The notes: a model not told the origin generated them from the letters alone. Counted from the stretch's first letter, positions 8,305 to 16,703 are shown. The stretch is 17,144 nucleotides of DNA from Candidatus Aenigmatarchaeota archaeon (GCA_046760225.1 JBHIDR010000018.1:1-17144), one strand, 5' to 3'. Numbers and translations are program-made.

Positions 8305-9054
8305 ATGGAAAGGAAGAGGCTGACAGCAAAGAAGGCAGGGATAGCAGAAATAGTTACAGGAAGGTTTGTGCAGAGGAGCGGCTTTGAGAGCAACTATGTC
8401 ATTACAAAGCTTGGAAGGAGACTGTCAAGGGTCAGGGCACTGGGACTGGTGGTTGACAAGTTCGTGAGCGAGGACGGGAACTATGCAACGCTCACGCTGG
8501 ATGACGGAAGCGAAACAATAAGGTGCAAGACTTTCGTGAACACAAGGATTTTTGACGGGATAAATCCCGGTGACCTTGTTGACGTAATAGGGAAGGTAAG
8601 GGAATACAAGGATGAGATTTATGTCCTGCCTGAAACAATCAAGAAGGCTGACGCCAACCTTGAAACACTAAGGATGCTCGAGCTCAAGAGGCAGGGTGAT
8701 GAGCAGAGAAAAAAGATAAAAATAGTGCTCGACCTGAAGAACCAGACAGCTGATCTGAATGAGCTAAAGGCAATTGCGCAGAAATCTGGGGTAAGCAATG
8801 AGGAAGCCGAAGCTATCCTAGAGGCGCAGGAACTCATAGAGGTTGAGATGGAGAAAAAAGCTGAGGAGAGCACAGGAGTGAAGGAGAAGTTGTTGAAGCT
8901 AATAGACGAGATGGACTCTGGTGAAGGAGTGGACTACATGGAACTACTTTCCAAGTCAGGACTGGCTGAGAATGTTGTTGATTCTGCAATACAGGAACTC
9001 CTTGAGTCTGGCACATGCTTTGAACCAAGGGCAGGAAAGATAAAGCGGATTTAA
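8305..9054 (+). CDS. RPA32/RPA2-like single-stranded DNA-binding protein (OB fold + C-terminal winged helix)
   Basis: SRVR..G.VVDKF...LTLDDGSETIR...GDLVDVIGKVREY OB-fold signature; C-terminal LLESGTCFEPRAG winged helix; SD GGTGA; directly follows mcm. Confidence 0.85.
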   Translation: MERKRLTAKKAGIAEIVTGRFVQRSGFESNYVITKLGRRLSRVRALGLVVDKFVSEDGNYATLTLDDGSETIRCKTFVNTRIFDGINPGDLVDVIGKVREYKDEIYVLPETIKKADANLETLRMLELKRQGDEQRKKIKIVLDLKNQTADLNELKAIAQKSGVSNEEAEAILEAQELIEVEMEKKAEESTGVKEKLLKLIDEMDSGEGVDYMELLSKSGLAENVVDSAIQELLESGTCFEPRAGKIKRI

Positions 9055-9506
9055 TGTTTATTTTTATGTCACTTATTTTAGAAGAGCGAGAAGAAAAAGA
9101 AACAACAAAAACCAAAGAACAAGCACAATCACAAATGGATATGGACTATTACAAACCTGATAGGGATCCGCACACATATGCTATGCAGAAAGCTATATCT
9201 TCTTATGATGACGGTGATGATCCTCCATCAGACCCTTATGATAATGATTCTTCAGATTCCTATGATGGTGGGTCTGGTGGTGTTGCGTATTTTAAGGCTG
9301 AACAAAATCTTGGTCTAGGGACTCGATTATTGTATAGTGGGCTTGTTGGTCTTTTAGTTGGTTCTGTAGTCGGATGTATAAAAGGAATTTATGATTATCT
9401 GCTTACAGGGAATGTGGATTGGGCTGAATTACAAGAAACTGTTTTTTACTCAGGGCTAGGTGGCGGGATAGGCTCTTTTATTATCAGCAAATATGTTAAA
9501 GAATAA
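9054..9506 (+). CDS. Hypothetical membrane protein with acidic low-complexity linker and two C-terminal TM helices
   Basis: TAATG stop-start overlap with the upstream gene; Asp/Ser/Tyr-rich linker; two Gly-rich hydrophobic segments. Codon usage is more T-rich than the neighbours and the start codon is uncertain. Confidence 0.6.
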   Translation: MFIFMSLILEEREEKETTKTKEQAQSQMDMDYYKPDRDPHTYAMQKAISSYDDGDDPPSDPYDNDSSDSYDGGSGGVAYFKAEQNLGLGTRLLYSGLVGLLVGSVVGCIKGIYDYLLTGNVDWAELQETVFYSGLGGGIGSFIISKYVKE

Positions 9507-9538
9507 TTCTTTAAATATTATTCTATGCAAGTGATATC

Positions 9539-9946
9539 ATGCAAAGCTATGAGGAGCTTCTAAAAAAGGCAATGGAGAAGATGCCAAAGAAGAAAGAGGG
9601 CGGGGAAAGGTTTGAGGTTCCCAAGGTAGAGAGCATAATCCAGGGGCACCAGACAATAATAAGGAACCTTGGCCAGATAGCTGAGGCCCTCAGGAGGGAA
9701 CAGAAGCACCTGCTCAAGTACCTTTCAAAAGCCCTGGCTGCGCCGATAAATGTTGATGGCACAAGGGCAATAATACAGGGAAAAATACCGCAGAGGACCA
9801 TACAGAAGAAGCTGGAGAACTATGTGAAGGAGTATGTTCTCTGCAAGGAGTGCGGGAAGCCAGACACGAAGATAGAAAAGGAAGACAGGATTTCTTTCCT
9901 GAAATGCGAGGCCTGCGGTGCTAAAGGCGCCGTGAAAGGCATTTAA
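9539..9946 (+). CDS. eif2b: Translation initiation factor 2 subunit beta (aIF2beta)
   Basis: YEELL..A...ERFEVP...TIIRN...LRR...HLLKYL and a C4 zinc ribbon CKECGKPDT...CEACGA. Confidence 0.95.
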   Translation: MQSYEELLKKAMEKMPKKKEGGERFEVPKVESIIQGHQTIIRNLGQIAEALRREQKHLLKYLSKALAAPINVDGTRAIIQGKIPQRTIQKKLENYVKEYVLCKECGKPDTKIEKEDRISFLKCEACGAKGAVKGI

Positions 9947-9968
9947 ATGTGAAAATTCTATTAAGGTT

Positions 9969-12900
9969 ATGGCGCAGGGATTCGGGAGAAGGGTCACGGT
10001 ATATGCAGCACTTGTTGTTCTTGGAATAGTTGCTGTTTTTGGCCTGAAGTTTGTCCCAACAGCCTATGTGACATATTCGTATCTTGGCAATGGGACGGTG
10101 TTTACGTGTTGGGACGGCCCACCTAGTAATGACTATATTGATTTTAACAATGACCTGGTGCCAAGTCCCATACCTTCAGGCAGCGGGCCTAATTATTATT
10201 TGAACTGGACATGCCCCCCACCAACATGCCCTGGCTATTCAGGAACGCTCTATCAGATTATTGGTGCCACTGATGGCGGCTGCTGGAATCCCAAAGATTG
10301 CCTGCAGCTTTCTGGTTGGGACGTCTGCACAGGGCCGAACACTACAGAGGCGACTGGCTGGACATTTGATGTTCTTGAACTAATACCTCCGCCAACAGAG
10401 TGGCCACAGGTCCAGAGGAACGAAATAAACAATGGAACCATATCTCAAGCTGGCCCTGTAACCAACAGTACAAGATGGGTATTGGAAGGCACTGGAGCAG
10501 TCTGGTCAGGATTTTCAGTTGTAAACAACACTGTCTACTTTGCCACATATGAGCAGTCGCCCAATTATGTTTGCGCAGTTGATGCAACAACCGGTGAATT
10601 GAACTGGAGCGCACCAATGATGGGCTTGGATTATGGTTCATTCCATGGAACACCAACATATTACAATGGCCTTGTGATCGTTCCGACAAGGAATACAAGT
10701 AGCGCATACTCTCCTGGAAGGGTTTTTGCTTTCAATGCAACAACCGGAAGCCCGGTCTGGATGCATGACAGCGATGCAGGGGGGCATGATTATTCTGGCG
10801 TTGTTGCAAACGGCAAGTTCTATATAGGCTCCAGGGAAAACCCCCAGTACGGCTACAACCCTGATTTCTATATAATAAACGCAACAACCGGTGTCCGGAT
10901 TTGCAAGCATGACAAGGGCATATCCGAGCAGACACAGTGCCATTTCTATTCTGTTATTCCTGCTGTAGCAGGGGGCAGGGCCTATACATATTGTACCACG
11001 CGCGCTGCAACAACAGGACAGTTCATGGCATTTAATGACGGTGATTGCTCATTGGAGTGGATAACCCCGGCAAAGGGCAGTGACCTTCCTGGTGTGGCCA
11101 CATGTGGCATGGGCCAGAATGCCATGCATTATGAGGGCGGATTTGTGTATGCTCTGCATCATTGCGCCAGATGGTTCAAGATAAATGCAGCCACAGGCGC
11201 ATACACAGCAGGCTATGATTGGGAGAGCGGCGGTAGTTATAATTATGGTCCGAGAGCCACTGCAATGGATAGCTCCTACCTCTACAGTGCTGACTATACC
11301 AGCCAGAGCGGCTCAAGGGACCTGAACTTCACAGCAATAAACAAAAGCGACATAAGCCAAAAGATCTGGTCATGGGGGCCATTCCCTGACAGGAGCGGCC
11401 CGGCCGGCTCCCTGTCGACCATGGTCATGGGAGGGGACATCGCATACTTCACAATATACAGTGACAGCCCGAACATGACAATGGCCATCAATGTGACATC
11501 GCGGCAGAACATATGGAACTATACCTTCAACAATGCCAATTCGCCGCGCGGTCCGATTGCCCTTTACAACGGCACATTGTTTGTCGGGGCCAATGACAGT
11601 GTGCTCGCATTTGGCTCTGGTAGTGCATCTCCAACAATCGAGTACCTTTCTCCTGACAATGGCTATATAGTGGACAGGAGCGGAATCAGGGATGATTATG
11701 ATGACTATGCAGTACTTGTTGCAAGGATATCCAGCAATTCTTCTGATGTGCCAGTGAAATTCTATACCAAGAGGAATGCACCCACCACAGGCGGCACAAC
11801 ATACCTTGGCAACAACACAACAAACAGCTCGGGCATTGCCACGTTCAAATGGGACCCCGATGAGAGCACAACATATGCAGGCAATTACTCATGGTGGGCA
11901 GCATCTGGCATATGCGGTTCTATAGCGGATACCCCAAGATATGTTTATCTCTACGGTGGCCTGAACGTTTCCTTCATGTTCAATGATACGTTCCCGAATT
12001 CCTCCTATGAGAGCGGTGATATAGTAGAGGTCCAGGTCAATATCACTTCTCTGAGCCCTGAGACCCAAGATGACCTTGTTAATAACTATAATGCCCAGGC
12101 AAATGCCACGTTAAGGCCGCCCACACAGTCGCCTAAAACATTCTCGCTCACCAATATTTCAAAAACAACCACCAGCAAGACAGTTTATGGCAATGGCACT
12201 GCATACAGCTGCATACCAATGATGGAGGGCTTTATTGACATTGATACAACTGATGATATTGTCCCCAGCATGCTGCCCAATGATTGTTGGGAATACGGAA
12301 TATCTGGATATTACCTGAACTGGACATGCAATTCAACAACATGTCCTGGAGAGTCAGGAGAAAGCTATGGAGTATGGACAGCAGGTGATAATGATACCTT
12401 CTGCGGGAGCTGGAATAATCTTGATTGGCTGGAAATAAGCAAGCTTGCATGCCCTATCCCTCCTGATCCTCTAGGATGGGAGTTCGAGATTTATAGCGAA
12501 ACAACTACCACCCAAAAATACTGGGGAGGCAACTATACCCTAAGCACTGAAGGAGGAAGCTGGAGCGCTGATGTTGATGCTTCGGCTGACTGGTTCTTCA
12601 GCGGAAGCAACAGCAGAGGATTTTCGGTTCCTGTTGAAGAGGTTGTGGTGGTAGAAGAGGAAGCTGCTGCTCCTGAGGGAGCTGCGCCCAAGAGAAGTCT
12701 GGAGATGAGCATTGAGGAGATTGAAATCAAGGAAGGAAAGGGTTACATCAGCATAGAAAGGGGCGGTGAAGAGGAGGTAGAGCTGGTGATGAACAATACA
12801 GGAACGATCTCGCTCTATGACCTGAACATAGAGATTACTGGAATTCCGGAAGAATGGTTCCAGCTGGAAAAAGAGAGCATTGAAGAGCTTACCACAAAAG

Positions 12901-13268
12901 AAGGATATATTGTCAGACTAAAGTTCAATATACCTGCAGATGCAGAGCCAGGTGAATATGAGGCAACTGTTACTATGAGCAATGTGTATGTTAAAATGAC
13001 AAGGAGCTTTGTGGTGGATGTTCCAAGTCCGTGCCTGGCATGTGCTGCTCCTTCTGAATGGACAGACTGCATAGGAGGCAAGAGGGGAAGGACAACCTAT
13101 ACATGCAGTGCTGAAACTGGCTATAAATGCCAAGAGGTCCTGGAAGAGGAAGCATGCGCAGTGCCGGCAGCACGCTTGCCCTGGGAGTGGGTTGCTGCAG
13201 GCATAGTGGTTGTGGCAGGAGCTGTATACATGCTTAGAAAGGGACCTAGAAGAAAGCTAAAAAAATAG
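9969..13268 (+). CDS. Large membrane-anchored surface glycoprotein: PQQ-like beta-propeller, Ig-like domains, duplicated Cys-rich module
   Basis: N-terminal signal/TM helix; WPQVQRNEINNG propeller start and repeated A.(N/D)ATTG...W blades; many N-x-S/T sequons; C-terminal Ig-like domain (IPADAEPGEY), Cys-rich module, TM helix and basic tail. Confidence 0.85.
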   Translation: MAQGFGRRVTVYAALVVLGIVAVFGLKFVPTAYVTYSYLGNGTVFTCWDGPPSNDYIDFNNDLVPSPIPSGSGPNYYLNWTCPPPTCPGYSGTLYQIIGATDGGCWNPKDCLQLSGWDVCTGPNTTEATGWTFDVLELIPPPTEWPQVQRNEINNGTISQAGPVTNSTRWVLEGTGAVWSGFSVVNNTVYFATYEQSPNYVCAVDATTGELNWSAPMMGLDYGSFHGTPTYYNGLVIVPTRNTSSAYSPGRVFAFNATTGSPVWMHDSDAGGHDYSGVVANGKFYIGSRENPQYGYNPDFYIINATTGVRICKHDKGISEQTQCHFYSVIPAVAGGRAYTYCTTRAATTGQFMAFNDGDCSLEWITPAKGSDLPGVATCGMGQNAMHYEGGFVYALHHCARWFKINAATGAYTAGYDWESGGSYNYGPRATAMDSSYLYSADYTSQSGSRDLNFTAINKSDISQKIWSWGPFPDRSGPAGSLSTMVMGGDIAYFTIYSDSPNMTMAINVTSRQNIWNYTFNNANSPRGPIALYNGTLFVGANDSVLAFGSGSASPTIEYLSPDNGYIVDRSGIRDDYDDYAVLVARISSNSSDVPVKFYTKRNAPTTGGTTYLGNNTTNSSGIATFKWDPDESTTYAGNYSWWAASGICGSIADTPRYVYLYGGLNVSFMFNDTFPNSSYESGDIVEVQVNITSLSPETQDDLVNNYNAQANATLRPPTQSPKTFSLTNISKTTTSKTVYGNGTAYSCIPMMEGFIDIDTTDDIVPSMLPNDCWEYGISGYYLNWTCNSTTCPGESGESYGVWTAGDNDTFCGSWNNLDWLEISKLACPIPPDPLGWEFEIYSETTTTQKYWGGNYTLSTEGGSWSADVDASADWFFSGSNSRGFSVPVEEVVVVEEEAAAPEGAAPKRSLEMSIEEIEIKEGKGYISIERGGEEEVELVMNNTGTISLYDLNIEITGIPEEWFQLEKESIEELTTKEGYIVRLKFNIPADAEPGEYEATVTMSNVYVKMTRSFVVDVPSPCLACAAPSEWTDCIGGKRGRTTYTCSAETGYKCQEVLEEEACAVPAARLPWEWVAAGIVVVAGAVYMLRKGPRRKLKK
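10080..10373 (+). repeat. Cys-rich protein module, copy 1 (copy 2 at 12186-12491)
   Basis: Shared pattern Y.GNGT...C...ID...D.VPS..P...YYLNWTC...TCPG.SG..Y...C.....D.L..S...C...GW.F; the DNA core TGAACTGGACATGC is present in both copies. Confidence 0.85.
12186..12491 (+). repeat. Cys-rich protein module, copy 2
   Basis: YGNGTAYSC...FIDIDTTDDIVPSMLP...YYLNWTCNSTTCPGESGESY...GWEFEI aligns by eye with copy 1. Confidence 0.85.
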
Positions 13269-13270
13269 CT

Positions 13271-13693
13271 CTAGTATAAAACGCCTATTACTTTCCATTC
13301 TATTGCAGATTCAGGGAACCAGCCATCGTCCCAGAGGTTGTTGTCCCCCTTCATCTTGTAGTACCTTTCACCCGCTCTACTATCTATGCCCACTATCCTG
13401 TGCACTATGAGGTCCTTGCCGCTCCTGTAAAGAACTATGTCGCCTATACCCAGGCTGTCAGGCTTTGCAATAATGAGCGTGTCGTCATCAAACGTAGGAA
13501 GCATAGAACCAGTGTCAAGGGCCTTGGCTATCTCTATATCCTGGTTGAATTCGACGCTGCATGCGGAGTCGCTGCAGCTTATGTCCTTCAGATAGGTCTC
13601 AGAAACCCTTGCTGAGCTTCCCACAGTACCCAGGGTTGCAAGTATTGCAATTGAAACCGCAAGAGCCGCAGCCATTATCTTGTATACACGCAC
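13271..13693 (-). CDS. S26 family signal peptidase I-like protein (Sec11/ER-type Ser-His)
   Basis: N-terminal TM helix, TGSMLPT (catalytic Ser), GDIVLY, IVHRIV (His) and KGDNN..DD motifs; GTG start preceded by GGTGG. Confidence 0.85.
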   Translation of the reverse strand: MRVYKIMAAALAVSIAILATLGTVGSSARVSETYLKDISCSDSACSVEFNQDIEIAKALDTGSMLPTFDDDTLIIAKPDSLGIGDIVLYRSGKDLIVHRIVGIDSRAGERYYKMKGDNNLWDDGWFPESAIEWKVIGVLY

Positions 13694-13794
13694 AGTTAAC
13701 CACCGGATAGTAATAACTACTATATAGTAATAAGGTCGAGGGGGTATATAAAGCTATGTGTGGGGCTTAAATATGTAAAAATTCTAGTCTAGTT

Positions 13795-14019
13795 ATGGCA
13801 AGAAGAAGGAAAAGGAGAATGAAAGGGCGGAAATCGCCATTACCTGCGATTATACTCCTGATAATAGCGCTTGTTGCCCTGATATATTCAGAATATACCA
13901 AGACCACGAGCTATTTTGTATACAGTGGTGGGGCTGCTTCTGCAGGCCTTGGCATAGGGCATGCAATAGCCATAATCTGCCTGCTCGGAGCAGCTGTTTG
14001 CTTCTTCAGAATGAAATGA
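13795..14019 (+). CDS. Small membrane protein (basic N-terminus, two TM helices)
   Basis: 74-aa ORF with an Arg/Lys-rich start and two hydrophobic helices; TTAAATAT TATA-like element ~25 nt upstream. Confidence 0.7.
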   Translation: MARRRKRRMKGRKSPLPAIILLIIALVALIYSEYTKTTSYFVYSGGAASAGLGIGHAIAIICLLGAAVCFFRMK

Positions 14020-15016
14020 ACCTCATGAAAGGGAGCTCTCTTTTCACTATCCTTTCTGAGCAGTGCATTTCCTTTGCAAGTTTTTCTACAAGTTCCCTGT
14101 TCTCAGTCCTTGGGTAGAATGCAGGCGGCCTGTAGGGCGTGAAGCCCCTGCTCGGCTTCCTGAGTGCGCTCAGTCCTGCAAGCATGTCAACTGATTTCTT
14201 GCTGATTCTTCTTAACAGGTCTGCCTTGCTCAGTATGTCAAAAGCAGCTGCCCTCTGCATGGGGTCTGCAAACTCCCTTGCAAGGTTTTCCTCGACCCAG
14301 AAGAATATCTCAAATGGGTCCTTTTCGCAGCTCTCTATTGCATTGAGTGCGGTTTTCACGTTTCCTGACTTGAAGAGCGTTCTGAGTGTCTCGAATATGT
14401 TGCCCTCCCTGTCTCTTGAAAACCCGATTCCTGCAAAGCTCTCCAGGTCAAGGAGCGCTGCCCTTATATCGCCTGCAGCAGAATAGGACAGGCTCCTTAT
14501 GGCCTGCTGCCTGTGCGGTATTCCTTCCTTTCTGCATATCTCGTGCAGCATCTTCTCTATTTCAGCTGCCTTGACCCTCTTGAACTCCAGCATGTCGCAT
14601 GCTTTTCTCAGGAATTTGAACCTTGGATGATAGGGATTGTCCACTATCAGGACAACAGGGTATATGCTTTCCTTTATCAGCTTTGTGAGCAGCGCCATGT
14701 TTGTGTTTTCTGCTCCATCCACAGCCACTATCTTTCCTTTCTTGAACAGGGATGCCTGTTTCAGGGAAGGTATCATGCTGGCCAGGCTGTCCTTCTCATC
14801 AGAGCCATCAATCTCAATCAGGTCCAGCTTTCTTTCCCTTGCCAGTGCATACAATACAGAGTTCTTTCCAACACCAGGCGGGCCATGCAGGATAAGCGCC
14901 TTGCCCTTTCTCCAGGAGTTGAACCATATCACCAGTTTCTGCACAGAGCTTTTCTGGCCTATTATGTCTGCAAGGGTCTGTGGCGCATATTTTTCAGTGA
15001 AAGAACTATATCCCAT
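14006..15016 (-). CDS. rfcL: Replication factor C large subunit-like protein (degenerate AAA+ motifs)
   Basis: From ATG 15016: TEKYAP.TL.DIIGQ (RFC boxes), LHGPPGVGK, GDIRAALLDL and WVEENL..EF. The upstream extension to 15157 overlaps hjc and is rejected. Length 336 aa. Confidence 0.85.
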   Translation of the reverse strand: MGYSSFTEKYAPQTLADIIGQKSSVQKLVIWFNSWRKGKALILHGPPGVGKNSVLYALARERKLDLIEIDGSDEKDSLASMIPSLKQASLFKKGKIVAVDGAENTNMALLTKLIKESIYPVVLIVDNPYHPRFKFLRKACDMLEFKRVKAAEIEKMLHEICRKEGIPHRQQAIRSLSYSAAGDIRAALLDLESFAGIGFSRDREGNIFETLRTLFKSGNVKTALNAIESCEKDPFEIFFWVEENLAREFADPMQRAAAFDILSKADLLRRISKKSVDMLAGLSALRKPSRGFTPYRPPAFYPRTENRELVEKLAKEMHCSERIVKRELPFMRFISF

Positions 15017-15079
15017 GGGATAATAGTTATGCGATAAAGTATTTATTGTTCCTTGCCATAATTTGTTTTGTGTGATTCC

Positions 15080-15409
15080 ATGGCTGTGAACAAGAAGGGC
15101 CACAGGAGAGAGAGGCAACTGGTGGAGAAGCTTGTAAAGGAAGGCTGGGTGGTCCACAGGGTTGCAGGCTCAGGGCTGAAGGACAGTGCAATATGCGACC
15201 TGATAGCAATAAAGCATGGGATAACGCACCTCATAGAGGTCAAGAGCAGGAAGAAGGTGTTCTATACAAAGGAGCACCATCCGCAGTTGAAGGAGATGAT
15301 CTCTGCTGCAAAGAAGTGCGGTGCTAGGGCAATGCTGGCTGTAAAGCTGGATTACAGGGAGTGGCAGTTCATTGACCTGCACGAGGGCATACCGCACAAG
15401 GTTGGTTAG
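15080..15409 (+). CDS. hjc: Archaeal Holliday junction resolvase (Hjc family)
   Basis: KG.RRERQL...GW.V.RVAGSG...DLIAIK....LIEVKS, a PD-(D/E)xK signature; ATG 15080 preceded by GTGTGA. Confidence 0.9.
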   Translation: MAVNKKGHRRERQLVEKLVKEGWVVHRVAGSGLKDSAICDLIAIKHGITHLIEVKSRKKVFYTKEHHPQLKEMISAAKKCGARAMLAVKLDYREWQFIDLHEGIPHKVG

Positions 15410-15699
15410 GTCCTTTCCAGGACAGCTATGTAATAACCTGTTTTCGCGTCCCTCAGTGTATCGATTATGTTGTCATTTCCCTTGCTCAATATTGGTTTTC
15501 TGGAATGGACAGTATCGTAATCATTTCCATTGCTTCCTTCATAAACAAGAATTGTTTCCCTGTCGTTCAGGTGTATGATGCCAACACCTCTTTTTCTTTG
15601 TTTTTTCATCTCCCTTACCTCGTTCCTCACAACAGCATTCCATACTTCCCTATCTTCTCGATAACTAGGCGTGCTTATCTTGATTGCAGAATACACCAT
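15406..15699 (-). CDS. Hypothetical protein
   Basis: 97-aa ORF with a strong SD (AGGTGG) upstream; 4-nt convergent overlap with the hjc stop. Confidence 0.65.
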   Translation of the reverse strand: MVYSAIKISTPSYREDREVWNAVVRNEVREMKKQRKRGVGIIHLNDRETILVYEGSNGNDYDTVHSRKPILSKGNDNIIDTLRDAKTGYYIAVLERT

Positions 15700-15741
15700 T
15701 AACCACCTATTAATAATTGGCAGAACTTCGATATAAAATTA

Positions 15742-15942
15742 TCAAATTCCAAGAAAAATCTTTTTTGCACCCTTCTTTTCCAGCTTTGATTCGACTACAT
15801 GGGAAACCACGCTGAGAAGCAAAAAGAGTATTACGGCATATACAATATCAAGTGATCCCGTTACTATTGACAGTATTGCAAGCAGGAGGGCAATGTAGAA
15901 GAAAACATGCTCCAGTGCTCCAAAGAGCTTTATCTTGTTCAT
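15742..15942 (-). CDS. Small two-TM membrane protein
   Basis: 66 aa with two hydrophobic helices and a basic tail; ATGA start-stop overlap with the upstream gene. Confidence 0.7.
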   Translation of the reverse strand: MNKIKLFGALEHVFFYIALLLAILSIVTGSLDIVYAVILFLLLSVVSHVVESKLEKKGAKKIFLGI

Positions 15943-16352
15943 TCTGTCACCTGCAGAAGGATTGTTATTTCCTGGTTGTCTGTCTGCAGGAGCGCTACAA
16001 GCTCACGCAGCAAGTCGCTTGCTGCCTTGTTCGAGCGCACACCTATTGTTGCGTTGTCAATGAAATCAGACTTTGTTACAACAATATTATTTTTGTCTGT
16101 CACCTTTGCCTCAAATGAGCCAAAGGCGAAGATTACGTCCTCATTACCTGCTGTGCCTATTGTTAATGAGAGCTTTTTCCTGTCCCTTATTGCTGTCTTG
16201 AAGTCATCAGGCAGGTCAGCTGCAGCTGCGCTTGCTTCAACAGCAATGACAGAGTCGTCAAACACTTCTTTTCCCTTGGTTATTACTATCTTTTGAGGGT
16301 CCCTTGCTGAAATCTTTGGGTTGCCCTTTGCCCTGATTATGAATTCTATCAT
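15939..16352 (-). CDS. DUF371-like protein (divergent)
   Basis: IRAKG.P.I.A...I.ITK, VVTKSDFID..TI.VRSNKAASDL.RELV..L resembles the archaeal DUF371 pattern (recognised from memory); ATGA overlaps on both sides. Confidence 0.7.
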   Translation of the reverse strand: MIEFIIRAKGNPKISARDPQKIVITKGKEVFDDSVIAVEASAAAADLPDDFKTAIRDRKKLSLTIGTAGNEDVIFAFGSFEAKVTDKNNIVVTKSDFIDNATIGVRSNKAASDLLRELVALLQTDNQEITILLQVTE

Positions 16353-16684
16353 CTTACCCTCTCCTCAAGCTTCAGTCTTAATTTGTTCACTTCACTTTTT
16401 TCCAGGCCGTGTGGAGTGGCTGACAGCTCATCCCCAATTTCCCTGAGTATCCTGAATGCTCCTTCCTTGCCTGTTTCTGTTTCACCTGCCCTCTGCTTTG
16501 CAAGGGGCGTTAGTTCGATTCTGCTTACCTGGCAGAGGTACTCGGCTGCTGGAAGAAGCTCCTTGCCTGCTTCACCCTCCTCCATCCTCTTCAGCAGGCG
16601 GTGAAGGTACTCCCTTGCTATTTCCTTTTCCTGCCTCCTTCCAGGCTTGCCCCTCCTTATCTTTCCTTTTGCAGGCTTGACCAT
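16349..16684 (-). CDS. Hypothetical basic protein
   Basis: 111-aa ORF, first gene of an ATGA-coupled three-gene run, divergent from the tRNA. Confidence 0.65.
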   Translation of the reverse strand: MVKPAKGKIRRGKPGRRQEKEIAREYLHRLLKRMEEGEAGKELLPAAEYLCQVSRIELTPLAKQRAGETETGKEGAFRILREIGDELSATPHGLEKSEVNKLRLKLEERVR

Positions 16685-16703
16685 GACTATAAGATAAGCA
16701 AAC

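Noticed and set aside
10080..12491. Diversity-generating retroelement template/variable repeat pair
   Set aside because: The copies differ by indels and all substitution types rather than adenine-specific changes, and no reverse transcriptase is present in the window.
15017..15157. N-terminal extension of rfcL given by the ORF track
   Set aside because: It overlaps the hjc coding start and the shared promoter; RFC homology begins at Met 15016.
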